Below, piece by piece: positions 1-13,050 of a DNA stretch of 64,000 nt (positions are counted from its first letter, which is position 1; each line of letters opens with the position of its first letter). A program made the translations under genes and the position numbers. The notes under the pieces are model-generated. The model saw nothing but the letters and a program-made list of their open reading frames with translations, was not told the origin of the DNA and did not search any database. Source of the DNA: Ramazzottius varieornatus (Eukaryota; Animalia; Tardigrada); contig BDGG01000004.1 of NCBI GenBank assembly GCA_001949185.1, positions 3,505,777 through 3,569,776 on the forward strand, in the 5' to 3' direction.

Positions 1-875
1 CAGACGATCCAGTTCGGTGATCGATAAAGAGCGAATGCGCTCCACTACTGCCAGGAACGTCTTTACCGAAGCGACCGCTGGTACAGTGAGGTAGGCTCCG
101 ATCACTGGAGTGCTGACCAGAGGGCTTTCGGGGCTCGGAGGATTCTGCGGTTCCTGCTTTGGCTCAGTGACTTCCGCCGGAGTGATGGCTTGCTCTGCCT
201 CACCATCTGTAAGCATCTTTGTTAAAAGTAATATTTCAGGTTTCCGGGACAATATCACTCACCTTCCGAACCTTCTGCAGTGGTTGGAAAATGTCCGGTT
301 TGTATGGCGATCCTCAAACCCTCTACTGCGGCCCGAGCAGCTTCCTCTTTAGCCTGTTTTTTGCTTCTTCCACTTCCGCGAAATTCCAAACCTCTGACAG
401 TCGCTGTTATGGTGAAAAACGGCTCATGCCCCTACGGCAAGATAACAAGCAAAATAGATCGTGGAACAGTGCAAATACGATGCAAATTTGGTATGAGACT
501 ATGGATGATCTTCTCGTAATGTTTCATAGTGATATCTCACCGATCCATCCGAACTTGTGGTTGCATATACAACGTCGAATCTGCATTCATTCAAGACGCC
601 TGCGCAACAAGAAGAATACGCGATTATTAACGCACCGAGTCACTGACATGGAGGGAATGCCGTTTATACTCACTGATGGGATTCCGATCCGCAGGTGCGG
701 AAAGATACTGCAGAAATCGCTGCAGTGGCAGGTCGAATGCCCGTTTTCTAGATTTGGCCGGTCGCTCGTCGGTAGAGGGGAAACGACGGCGCTTCTGTCG
801 CGGCTCCGGTTGAGGTTGTCCGGTTCCCTTCGAATCATCGTCGAAAATGTCCAGCTCGAACACGTTTTCCGCCAT
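1..875 (-). CDS. dsRNA-binding-domain protein, probably ADAR-family adenosine deaminase (5' part; runs off window)
   Basis: Spliced exons give MAENVFELD...DRNPIS|VLNECRFDVVYATTSSDGS|GHEPFFTITATVRGLEFRGSGRSKKQAKEEAARAAVEGL. This is a canonical dsRBD (NP..LNE / GSGRSKK.AK..AA) resembling ADAR2 dsRBDs. The frame stays open to the window edge. The deaminase domain itself is not visible. Confidence 0.7.
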
Positions 876-1473
876 TGGCGTCTCTGTCTCTCAGGTTGCG
901 GTAAGTCGAGGAAGAACTCTGTGGCAGAAGAGCAGTTGAGATCTGCAGCAGACTGCAAAGAAAACCAAAACAGATCGCAGGTGCTGACTGCTGAGTATCG
1001 CTGGTTCAGCCTGGCCCTGCCGAAGCGACGTTCCGGAACGAAAGCAAAGCGGTAGAACGCAATGCATTTAGGTTAAGCGAGGCGGCTGTCTCACTACCGT
1101 ATTCGCCCAACGTTGTAGTCACGTCAGGACTGAGGCCCCTCAAGCGCGTTCCAGCTGATGCTGCAAAACATGGGCTAAAAATGCTATCGCGATCTGCATA
1201 TCAAATTTCCTATAGTTCTATTCTGATCAGTGTGGTGAGGAACATCTAAATTTGCTCGTACGCCCAATCGCTCCTGTGGATGTGTTTATTGTAACCCTAA
1301 CATCTGAGTGGGACAGCTATTACATCAGTGCGAAGGAGACTGGTAAGCGTAACGATTTAGAGTGGGGATATTTCCGAACGTCAGTCTACTAGACACACTG
1401 TAAAGAAGTTACTCGTCTCGAGTTCCCTCGCGTTTTCGATGGATGTGTGGGCCATCCGGAGCCTGGTATCGGG

Positions 1474-4103
1474 ATGGTTGCAACTGCAGATCCAATGCCG
1501 TTGAGCCATAGTAACGATTGGCCACATAACGCTACTGTAACTGAATCTGGATTCAATTTTTGTGGTTTAGGTTTGATCCCCAGTGAATCCCCTGAAGAAA
1601 GCAGCGCTGCTGTGGATCCCCTCCCACCTTCCACCATGGTTGTCAACGGGGAAACCACACCGCGAGACGGTGCGCCTATCCAGATCGTGATAACGAATGA
1701 GGACCATACCTTCTCCCTGGACGAAGAAGCCCTGAGTTCCGTACTACTACGCAGCGACGTCGTACATAAGAAAGTGGTGATTGTATCTGTGGCTGGTGCT
1801 TTCCGCAAAGGCAAATCGTTCCTGTTAGACTTTATGCTTCGTTACCTTCGAGCAACCGATCATCTCTCACAAGCGGTAGGAGGAAACTATATTTGGATTC
1901 GGTGTCATAATGCTGCTAATGTAGGGTGCGACCTACAAAGGGTATCATGTTATCAACGCGACACGTTCTGTGTTTCATAGATATGTGGCTTTTACTTTTA
2001 GGAGATTCACCAAGGTTCCTGGTTGGGCGACGAGGCCCAGTCCCTCACAGGGTTCCACTGGCGAGGAGGATCAGAGCGTGACACTACAGGGATACTGCTG
2101 TGGAACCAGCCGTTCTTCCGGAAGTTGCCAAATGGGGATGAAGTCGTCGTACTAGTGATGGATACTCAAGGAGCCTTCGATTCTCAGTCGACTGTCAAAG
2201 ACTGTGCTACCGTCTTCGCTTTGAGTACCATGATCAGCTCCATTCAAGTATAATCTCTCTTCCGCGTGTTGAGAATTCATGCTGGATAACTCACCTGTTT
2301 TTCCCTGTAGATCTATAATCTGTCGCAGAACATACAGGAGGACGATCTGCAGCACCTGCAACTATTCACCGAGTACGGACGGTTGGCCATGACCAGCACA
2401 ACCGCTAAACCCTTTCAGAGGCTCCTCTTCCTTGTCCGAGACTGGAGTTTCCCATATGAGGCTGACTATGGTATCAAAGGCGGTGAAAACCTGCTGTCCC
2501 GCAGACTTGAGGTATGCAGAGCTTTTATTCCAAATTCTCAAATCATCCGTATAAGATGTGAAAACTTATGCATGTACACGCCAGTACAATATAATAATTC
2601 TGTTGTAGTTATCCGACAAGCAACACCCCGAACTGCAGCAGTTACGAGCACACATCAAGAAGTGTTTCGACTCTATTCAGTGTTTTCTCATGCCGCATCC
2701 TGGTTTGAGGGTAGCAACTAACCCAAAGTTTGACGGTCGCCTTTCAGGTTAGTAACTTTTCAGCTCTGAATTCATGGGGCCTTCCACGCATGGCATGCAT
2801 GTAGTGAATTGTATATTATTTCCTACAGACATTGAGCAGGACTTCAAAGCGCGACTTGTGGAACTCATGCCCATCATACTCAGCCCATTGAACCTTGTGC
2901 CAAAAGAAATCAACGGACAGGATATTACTGCCTCCGACCTACTCGAGTACTTCAAGGTACGTTTTGCCTTCGCAATGTACTACGATGAGACAGTCGAGAT
3001 GGATTTCCCAGTCTCACTTACCTCAGCCAGTACTGTGTCTTAATTGGGGGGACTAACAGAGGGTATTTTCGTTCAGGCATACATCAAAATTTACCAAGGA
3101 GAAACCCTTCCGGAACCAAAAACCATGATGGAGGTATGTTCGCATTCCCGGCTAAAGGTACCCACTTCGTATTGTCATTGTGATCCTCCGTTCTAGGCTA
3201 CCTCAGAAGCCAACAATCTGTCTGCTGTGAATGCCGCGAAAGAGTTGTATATGGAGAAGATGGAAGAGGTGAGTGGACCATCTAGAGCCCAGTGATGATA
3301 GCCTTGCGGCTAACGTCGGTGCTGTTGTTGCAGCTTTGCGGTGGAGACAAACCATACCTGAATCCTCAAAAGCTAGAACACGAGAACATACTCATACAAG
3401 GAAGTGCAGTGCAGAAGTTCAAAGATTCACCAAAGATGGGTGGGGAAGAGTTCAGCCGGAAGTACCTCGAAAAACTAGAGGAAGACTTGAAAGCCTCCTT
3501 CGAGTCCTTTTCTCGGCATAACGAAAGCAAGAACTTCTTTAGCTCTTTCCGTACTCCAGCTACTCTTTTCGTGATCATCGTGTTCTTCTACGTCATATCG
3601 GGCATACTGGACTTGATCGGTCTAGTTCGATATGGCAACTTCTTCACAGTGGCTATGGGACTTGTTATAGCTAGTGTGGTCGCTTGGGGCGCGGCTCGGT
3701 TGACCGGAAGTATGCGGGAAGTTGGGACGACTGTCGATGAAGTCGCTACGGGAATCTGGGATCACGTAAGCAATACTCGAGTCGTCGGCACATGACTTGA
3801 ACATGAACGTTTTCCCAAGTGGCGCACACTTTCGAAGAGTAACAATGGAAACTTGCGCCACTTGAAGTAACGATCAGGTTGAGTTGGATTGCCGACGTCC
3901 TACTTGTTATTAGTACTTGACATCTGGTTACAGTGTTTCTTCCCTTCTAGGTCTTGAGTCCGCTCACTCAACAAGCTGGCCAGAAGATGGCCACTGCCTA
4001 TCCTCAGTATAGCCACATGGCTGCTGTTGGTGTAGAAAGTCTCACAGCTGCTGCCAAAGGAGTAAAGAATGGCCGACATCCTTCAGGAGCTGGGAATCTG
4101 TGA
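1474..4103 (+). CDS. ATL: Atlastin (ER membrane-fusion GTPase), multi-exon
   Basis: [17 protein letters not shown]-loop, [18 protein letters not shown] and LVRDW motifs, plus a C-terminal transmembrane hairpin (3292-3765). The last exon 3951-4103 ends in TGA. The start is either ATG 1474 or ATG 1636. Confidence 0.95.
3797..3882. repeat. ~90-bp palindromic repeat family, copy 1 (atlastin last intron)
   Basis: Inverted arms CGTTTTCCCAAGTGGCGCA...TGCGCCACTTGAAGTAACG, homologous to copies at 22499, 23968, 37912, 51810 and 60609. Confidence 0.8.
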
Positions 4104-4719
4104 AAAGAGTCTGTCGAGTATCCATGAAAGCTTTGGTGGCGGTGAGGATGTGGTGTGTTAATTTACCCCTTGATGGTTTACCATTCCTCCGCTTAAATGG
4201 TTGTAGTCGTATAACCAGTGCAATATCCCCGACAGATTCTCCTAAATATGCATGTAGCAACTTCTCGCTGTCATGTTTTTTTTGTACCAGTCGCGACGGT
4301 CTCCTGTATCATCTGGTCTATTTTATATTTTTCCCTTTCGATCATGTTTTTATCAGTCATAACTGAGTTCGGTGCTTATCGGTTGTGATGTGATTCGTAC
4401 TCGCTATAAGTGTCAGAAGGTGTCTTGGGTTTACTTTTGCGTAGAAACGAAGTCATGAAACCCCACAACGGAATAACATCAAGGCTTAAAATAGTGCGTT
4501 GTGAACTGATGCGCGCAGCGTCACTTTTAGAGCAGTAGTTTCATGCAACCGGGTACGGTATGTAACAGCCCTAAAAATATTAATTAGTCCAAATATGTAA
4601 CTGGGAAAATCTGTACAGGTTCCTCATTCCACAAACGTTATCAGCGCTTGTAGAAATTTTCTCTTTGAGGCACGACTAATAGATTGAGGAGGCCGCCGAT
4701 GTGAAAATCCCACATGAAA

Positions 4720-5487
4720 TCATATGCCAGAGGGTGTGCAGTTGTATTGTCCTTGGTTCGTTATGGGCTCGTTGGTACTTCCGCAAACGGCAGTCCCTAT
4801 CCGGCACTGTTCGACGCGATGAGTTACGGGATCTTTGTACTGACCATGAAGCGAAGACGGTTTCTGATTTTGAATCCAGCGAACAGTGTCCAAGGTGGGG
4901 CAGTTACAAGCAAAGTTACTCCCAGATAGGACAAGACATTGCAGATGGTTCAGTGTCTTCAGGGTGTCCGGCTTGATATTCAAGAGGACCGATCGGGCGT
5001 ATATTTTAACATATTCCAGCTTATTCAGGTCGACGAACAAGGTTTTGCTCATGGTAACTTCAGCTGTGGATCTGTCTTGGAAGCGTAATGTCAACATTTT
5101 CAGAGCTCGAAGACCGTCAAAGGATTTCGGTAGACCCGGAAGTGTCGGATGGAGGTCGAGTAAGTCCAAGTGATACAAATGAGACGCCACCCTGCGGAAC
5201 ACGGGTGGCTCCAGGCTGTAACTCGGCTTGGAGATCTGGAGATGTAGCGGACCACTGCAGTTGAACTGATCAAAATAGTTTAGCACGTTCTGGAGGCTAT
5301 TAAGGGAGCGGCCGTCACATTTGATCGAAACGTAGCGGATCTTCCGAGGAGCAGTCCCATCTTTCCAGTGCACTCTGGTCGTACATCCTCTGGTCAGTTC
5401 GAGATCTCCGGGTAACAAAGCGCACTGGTTCGCCTCCAATATCCCCACATAACACGCACAAAATATTATCAAATGTTTCGTCAACAT
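4720..5487 (-). CDS. Secreted leucine-rich-repeat protein, 255 aa, single exon
   Basis: Hydrophobic N-terminal signal peptide, Cys-containing N-cap, LRR-like units (FDGLRALKMLTL, FVDLNKLEYVKI, LKTLNHLQCLVLSGSNF) and an LRRCT cap (NFACNC...W...C...C). No transmembrane segment. Confidence 0.75.
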   Translation of the reverse strand: MLTKHLIIFCACYVGILEANQCALLPGDLELTRGCTTRVHWKDGTAPRKIRYVSIKCDGRSLNSLQNVLNYFDQFNCSGPLHLQISKPSYSLEPPVFRRVASHLYHLDLLDLHPTLPGLPKSFDGLRALKMLTLRFQDRSTAEVTMSKTLFVDLNKLEYVKIYARSVLLNIKPDTLKTLNHLQCLVLSGSNFACNCPTLDTVRWIQNQKPSSLHGQYKDPVTHRVEQCRIGTAVCGSTNEPITNQGQYNCTPSGI

Positions 5488-6332
5488 TTTCTATAACAGT
5501 CTACAAAGTACCGAGAACGTTGTTCCCTTTTGAGCGAGCGGCCCAAAGACAGAGTTATGGAACAGGGAAAATCCTATTTACGAAACTCTCACATCTCAAA
5601 GAAAAGGAAAAAAGTTGTGCGCTCCACTCATTTACAATCGTTGTAGGATCAGTTTGATCGGCCAAACAAACTCGATGGCATGTTCCAAGTATTGGTAGTG
5701 TTATCTGGAAGGATTTCAGAAAAAGATAGATTAACAGATCAAGATATAGCTGGAGACTCTCCGTCTTGCGCACAGGTGGCGACGTCAGCCATTGTGGAGG
5801 TCTCGCGCAATGCTGGTGTCCTGGTGGCGCCTTTTGCAAACAATCAGTCTCCATTGTAAAGTTCCCGGTACCTTACTTTTGCGACATTACAACGTAATTC
5901 TTTGGCTGCCTAGCTGCAAACAATTGTTTATTTTAAAGATGCAATCCTAGATGTCGGTCAAGTCCATTGGTCCAGCCACTGAACAACTGTTCTCCGGAGT
6001 TACGTTACTCCGTACCCGATCCATAGACAGATGTCCCATCAGCTAACCATATAGTAAGGCACGCGCCATTCTTGGAGCTCAAGTTACACCTTTAAATGAC
6101 CACCCATTTGCTCTTCAGTGTGTATTGTACACTGTTAGGCATTATTATCCAAACATGAACACCTACACTGTCCATGCTTAGCATGGGCTCCGACACCGGG
6201 ATTTCTCGCAACAATCACACGACCGGCGATGAGAATAAAAAAAATATCTTAGCATACATAATAGCCAAGACTAATACTGTTGGCTGGGCTGTTTCCAGAA
6301 AAAGCGGATCTAGAGGGAACTTTTTGTTCCTT

Positions 6333-7504
6333 CTAAGCCATCGTCGCCACACCGATTATCCCACAAGCTAGTCTTCCACCGGCATTTCCAGTGGTCAAAC
6401 TATCGCTGCTGCCACCTTGGCCATTGTCGTCCGCCCTTTCGTGCACCACTACAGTACGCCCCACGATATCGTTGCGACCGGGAGTAAGTTGCATGCGTTT
6501 GTCGTTAATGTTTATCATAACCATCCCATTTTCTGCAAATAGATATAGAACATGTTTGTTACTCAGAACAGTCAGCAAAAAGACTTGCTTTTCGGACAGA
6601 GATGCTGATTCAGCTTGAACTTACGATCTGCGACGATGTTGCCCAGATCACCGATGTGTCGTACGCTAGCGTCTTGCCCGCCATGGGTGGCATTGTCGGG
6701 GTTGAAATGCGAACCGGCACTCAAACATCCATTCGAAAGGTCCCCGAACTGAAAACAAAACCGAACATGAGAAAACTATAAAACTCTTTACTTCATTCGT
6801 GGTGGATGCATAGGCAACAACTAACTTGAATTATCGGCGGAAATTTGAAAATCAGTTTCTTGTCATGAAGTTACCTCATGAACATGGAAACCATGGGTGG
6901 AGCGCGATTGAAGACCCGTGATATTACCGGTAACCGAGACACCTCCTTGCGGATTTTGGGTGAAGACCACCATGCCGCGGACCGAAGTATTCGATGGGGT
7001 ACTCATTACTGCCAAGGCCTTCGTAACTCGGGGCATCGGCATCATCGGTTGAGAACGCATACCCATTCCGCTGGACATATAGTCCATGTTGAATCCTTGA
7101 CTTCCGCCTTGCATTCCTCCTTGCATCATCCCTCCTTGCATTCCACCTTGCATCCCGTTTTGATAGTTGCCCATACCTGGTCTTCCGGGTGAGCTGTATC
7201 TTCCGTCTTGCATGGCTCGCTGGATTGACCCCGGGTTAGAAGGATTCATCATGTATTGGTTTCCGTTGTTTCCCATCTGGTACTGGCCGCTCTGGCCCGT
7301 GTTTTGTGTGGCACCACTATCCTGGTCGTGACCAAAATTCATGACAGGAAGGGTACCTGAGCGTTGGGAGGCGCTGATCCAAGAGTCATGGGAATCGTGA
7401 GCAACAGATCCGGAAGCGCTGTGGGTGTCTTGGTCGTTTCCTCGGACTTCAGCTACCAGCAGACTCCCGAGAAAGTATAACGACAATTCTTTGAGGAATA
7501 TCAT
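6333..7504 (-). CDS. Secreted Cu/Zn superoxide dismutase with N-terminal low-complexity extension (3 exons: 7504-6875, 6748-6625, 6532-6333)
   Basis: HGFHVHE|[38 protein letters not shown]|...[12 protein letters not shown]...[12 protein letters not shown]. All Cu/Zn ligands, the catalytic Arg and both disulfide Cys are present. An N-terminal signal peptide is also present. Confidence 0.95.
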
Positions 7505-8044
7505 TTTGCAATTTTCAAAAGTACAGTGGGTAACGAGATATTGTCCGAATTAAAAAATTAAAATTTTCAGTCCAGACTGTACATATACCGTCCCGTGCGG
7601 ACGAACTACTGGAAAATACCAGGATTATGAATGGGTTCCTGTGCAAACAATTCGAAGTACGCAGACTTCTTTCTTCAATGAAAATTGCAAAACACTTTTC
7701 AAATACAGGAACTCAAATAGCGGCCTGAAAATGCCGACACAGCATGTTGATCGTCAGAGTAAACAAACACGCTGTTTTCGTTCCAGGATAGGGCTTATTC
7801 AGTTCGCCGTTGTTTCTACGATAGAACGGAAAGAGAACACTGCACAACCTTTTCGAAAACTCTACGGAATCCACCCGACCACGTTCGAAGTTGTCTGGCC
7901 TGGAAATTAATTCTCTCCTATGAGACACGATTTGATTAGAAAGACTAGTCGTGAGCGAGCGAAACTTAGGCTACGTACACTACCTTTATTGTATGACCTG
8001 TATGCTTAATTTCAGAAAACATCGGTTCCGAAGAGATGAGATGT

Positions 8045-10759
8045 TTAGCTGGTCTTGTGAACAAAATCGCTCGAGAAGTCAGACAGAGCTTCAATAGGAT
8101 CACCTTTGAGCAGCTCAGGGAACTTGTTATGCAGGACTTTCGGATTGCCGAGAACAGCGGTTGCCGCAGCTCGTACCGCTGGATTATAATGATCTGCTAA
8201 GATATGTAACTGCCACAAAGGTTGGTTAGACGAAGACTCTTGGCCGGGAACCGTGGCGTTGGTAACACAGTCTGCATCTAGGAAGCGATCTAACGTGGGA
8301 TGGGCAGAAAACAGGGTTCGTAACATCAGCATGACGGCCAGGGACTCCTGAGGACGGCACAGCCGTAAGGCCAGGCTAGCCAGTCCTTTGGCGCATCGTG
8401 CAGCTCTTTCCGACGAGATGAGCCTCTTACGCTCCACGAACCCAATGTGAACACAGTGCAGCAGCTCTGTCATCACTGCGGAACCTTCAGAGCCATCGAG
8501 ATCTTCCAAGACCTATGCAAAAACCAATCAGAATACAGAAAATAACAAACCAATCAAGGATCCAATTAGAAATGAAATGCCATAAATACAGTGCGGCCAT
8601 GCAGACTTTGTGCAACCGTTTCATCCTGCATTACCGATTTCATCCGAAACGAGGAAACGAGTTTGGAAAAAATAAAAGGTTTGCTAAATAATTAAAAAAA
8701 TAGTTCGTGCGCCGCTTTCGCGTTCTGTCCTCTGACTTTTTCAGTCGTAAGTTTAAGTATCGAGGTCAGAAGAGGGATACTTTGTAGAATTCTGAAAGAA
8801 GATAGCACCGGCCATCTGACAATGATGGAGAAAAGTTCCAGTGTTCGTTTTGTATCTCAACCGAATTTTTCGAAAAAGTTGCATAAAGTTTGCATGGCCA
8901 CACTGTAGAGCTGAAATGGAACGTGGGCAAGTGGATCCACCCAAATCGTTGCCATGTAGCGCACGCTCTCAGCCAAAAAAGCTGGATCCACGCGCCACTG
9001 GAATTGACGATCTGGATCGAATCATCAGCCCACGTCTCAAATTGTGTCCGGAATTTTACCACGAAGAGGTGTTCGTAGAATCTGTGCGGATCGATGTTCA
9101 GCGCGGAACCATCACCAGACAAAGCTTTGAAAACTGTTTGTATGCAGAGAAGTTTCTCCAGACCTCTGCAGTCACCATCCTCAACAATGTCAAATAGGAG
9201 CTTGACCAAACCATCGACGTACTCAACACTGATGTAGAATACAAACTTGACGACTCCTTTCAGGACACTAGGCAAAAGTCTCCGCCGTACTTTATCACTC
9301 TTGTCGCTGCGGAGAATGCGAAAGTATATCGCGAAAATCAATGTGACGATTTGGGAATGGAGACGACTCTTTGATTTCTTGTTCTCCTCTACTTGGGACA
9401 CCTGCAGCTCCCGCTCCAGCTTGGCCACTTCCTTCTTTTGCTTCTGCTCCTTCTTACTCAGTAACTTCCGGTCAGGTTTGGCCGCCTTGTCTTTCTTCGC
9501 AGCGGCTAGAAGATCTTTGTTTACTTTGATATTGAGGAATACTTCGAGAAGCAGCGGCGACAGACGATGTCCCTGTCAAAGGAAGAAACATATTACGCTG
9601 TAAATATTTCCAAAGTGTATACTGGAATATTTCAGTCGATAGACATTTTGAAATTTTGCCCACCTTAGTTTTGGCTACTTTGGATATGGCGCCCAGGACA
9701 TCGCAAGTCACATCGCCTTGGTTATCCAGTTTCACTACGCGTCGGATGGCGTCCACAGCTTTCTCCACCGGAGCCGGGAATCGGCTGGTTGTAATATGGA
9801 CAAGAGTAGCTATCACATTCTTGCGATAGTTAAACTCGCTGTGAGTAACCGCAAGCTCACTCAGACATCTGACGGCCATCTCGGCTCGCTTCTGCTCTTC
9901 TTCCCCAACCTCGTTCTTCTTGTAAAGAGCCATGGTGGCCTTCTCTAGCTGCTGAAGGAATGTTCGGTAAGCTGACAGTAAAGCTTCCTACAACGCAAAG
10001 CACGACCTGTTAACTGTCCATACAATGAATACGGAGTGTTCCACATACCTCATGCGAGCGCAGTTTGATCGTTTCTTTCTTCAGCTTCTGCTCCGTCTTA
10101 CCCTCTCCCGCGACGTGGATGCGATACCCGGGAAGGATATCTTTGAAGACTTCCGTCAGTGATGCCATAATGATAACCGACTTGGCTTCTGCTACGTCGA
10201 TATCGTCCTCGGCTAATCCACTCAAAAGTTCCTTCACGTGCCTCATATTCGATTCCGGATTCTCCAAGATGTTATAACACGCAGAGGCAACTCGCTGCTT
10301 CCACTTCACATCGGTCGAAAACGGCGCGAATTTCGATTCTTCTCTTGGCTTCGGAACTTCGCTTGGCTGCTCTTTCTTTGTCTTTTTCTGGCTTTTCTGT
10401 TCATCCACGAGGTCTTGGTCCACTTCACGGTATCTGAGTTGCACGCCGCTGTCGCTTTTGACCGGTAACAGAAACTGCAACTTCTTTCCGTCGTCCTTCG
10501 AGTTGTCCGATGCCCGGTGCTGCTGTTCCATCTCATCCTCCTCCTCCTCGTCATCCTTCTTCTTTTGCTTCCGTCGTCTGTTCGTGGTGTCCGTTGGATC
10601 GATCTTGTATTCCAGCAAGAAGGCCCGGTCTCCGTAGTCGTCGTCCACCATATCAGAGGCATCGGAAACACTGGATTCATCGTCGGGTTCATAATGTACC
10701 TTGGTCGTGAACGTCCGCTTCCTGTGGGCTTTTACCATCTTCTTCCGTACGGGAGCCAT
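8045..10759 (-). CDS. NOC3L: Nucleolar complex protein 3 homolog, multi-exon
   Basis: SLTEVFKDILPGYRI, HSEFNYRKN, LNIDPHRFY and HYNPAVR motifs of the NOC3/CBF domains, with a charged N-terminus. Confidence 0.92.
8589..8905. mobile_element. Tc1/mariner-type MITE in NOC3L last intron
   Basis: TA|CAGTGCGGCCATGCAGACTTTGTGCAAC ... GTTGCATAAAGTTTGCATGGCCACACTG|TA: ~30-bp imperfect TIRs, CAGTG ends, TA target-site duplication. Confidence 0.75.
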
Positions 10760-13050
10760 GGCGAAATCCCACCGTAATGGCACAACCTAGAGAAAAGAGG
10801 TGGACATCAGGATGGTAAGACTAAGCAAGAAACTGGAAAACCGGAGATGAAAACTGATTGAAGCAACCACAACCGTGATCATGAGCAAATCAAGCAGGGA
10901 AATCAACCAGTAAAAGGGCGAAGCGAGGATGTCGGATCATTAAGCGGAGCGAGAGAGCGATTTAATCGGACTGTCAGGCCGAGCGGAAGCCCAGCGAGAA
11001 GGCCGCATCGCAGCGTATAGGCACTTCGATACCAGAACGTACGATGACGTCGCTGCATGTGGAGCGCGTGACTCACCTTCCGGCTCGATAATTTTGTTGG
11101 CGCAAGAGCATGCCTCCCATGTTTGCCTGCAGGCCTATGCGGAGAGCCGTGAATGGAACGGCAAGGAACACGATGGCCAAAAGCTGAAGAAGAAAGACCC
11201 GGGTTACTGGGTGGTGGGTACCACGTTCCACTGATAACTAGAATAAACGTGCAGATTGTGGCATAACATGCGAAAACCTTTTAGCATGTACCGCACGTCG
11301 ATACGCACGAGATGAAGACTTGCTGAGCGGCTGAAGTCGCCTTCCTTCAAAGTTCCAACCTATCCAAGCCTCGCGCTTCCGCCAACAGGCACTTCAGTGC
11401 TACAGTAAGCGCAACAGTGTTGAGCTGTCTTCTTCACTCTTCGCTCAGCCAGATGTTTTTCTAATCTATAGGAATCCTATGCATGCACAAGATCATTGGT
11501 TATGTAAAACGTACATTCCTCGACGGCAGACTTTTGGAATACCCGGCTTTATAAGAGGTAAGAAGTCAAAGTCAAGGTCAAGGTTACGATTGCACGATGG
11601 CACTTTTGCTCAAAGAGTCCATCCCTGGATCTCCAGGTTTCGTTTGTTGACAAACAATCGCTGCTCTCCACGTTTCTAGCTGATCTGCCTGCCTACCTTT
11701 CCGGGATAGCGGTGACCATGAGCATGACCATCATGAATCCAGAAATTCGATGTTTCGGTTTCGGTTAGAGCCTGAATTTTTAGATATCTGCGCTATTGAT
11801 TTTTTTCCGAAAAAACTCCATCCTGCAGCTGTAGTCTGTGGCTGTCTTCTCGTGTTGATTATCAATGTTTTGCCTTTGCCTGAAGGTCGAATGCACGGTT
11901 AGCATGTTACAGACTTACAGTAACGCTAGTACCAGGCTGAGATGGATGTACCGGTAGAATGATTTATGTCGGCCTACCAAATGCCCTCCCGCAGTGCTGT
12001 TTGTCAAGCCATTCCATGTTCGCAACCGCTACATCCATGCCAGCTTGGCTGCTACGGAAGCTTTGCCATACGTGCGATGAACCGATAGTTTGCTTGTCTG
12101 TGTCGATAAGCACAATAGCCGGAAAAAGCAGCAAAAGGTGTCTTTGCTGTCAATTGCTGCTGGTGTTATGCTTCCAGCAAATTTTCGTTCTACTTCCTTC
12201 CCGCTATCTTACATGAGCATATACTCATCTCGAAGTTTCGCCGCAATCTAGAATATTTTAGCGTTGGAAGAAGATCTTTTGAAGGGAAAGAGAAGCCGCA
12301 CTATTTTAAAAACCGAAGTATACTTTAGCGGAATACTTTTCGTTGTGTTTGCAAGTTGCATGAGATTTCGGATTATAGTCGAACAAAGTCTCATTCCGGC
12401 TTCGCATTGCATTTGGGTCCGCCTTCTAATCAAGAAGCAAAATCAGCAGACGGAAGCGCAATCAACTTAGCAGACGGTGGTTGATGTAGACAGAAAGGTT
12501 TCGGAGGTTAATTCTCTGGATTCTAATTCAGAAAACGAACGAGCATGGCTGAAACGAAACTAACCGTACTGTTATTTCTTGCAGGGTTCTGCAGCTGAGA
12601 TCAGCTCATATCGATCGGGAGAATTATTCAGGCACCGAGGACCGCGTCATCGTAGTTGCATCCCAATCACGGGGACGTCTCTTTGGCTATGAGGGGATGA
12701 CATGTCTTGATCTTCTTCTTTTCATCTGCAAAACAGAGCTGCGGCATTGACCTTGACGGTGATATGATATTCCAGAACAGAGAGATCACGCGCACCTTTT
12801 ACCTTTCTCTCAGCTGATGTGATGAATACCAAGCTACTACAAAAGATTGATGACGCATATACTGACGGACCATCGGAACTCCGGAGGCTCTGCTTCCCTC
12901 CTCTTGTCACCCATGCAACCTGCACCAAAATCGCGTAATTTTACCCCATTCGAATAAGGTACTTGGTCGTCTGAACTGCATACGAATATTCATCAATTAA
13001 GAGATTTGCTCACTTGTACGGTTTTCGGAGGTACAGGGACAATTGCGAAC

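Noticed and set aside
219-1055. 278-aa plus-strand ORF
   Set aside because: Antisense shadow of the spliced dsRBD gene, with a non-ATG start and no recognisable motif.
8766-9058. 3' half of the 220-aa NOC3L ORF
   Set aside because: Read-through into an intron that contains the mariner-type MITE; the exon ends near 9059.
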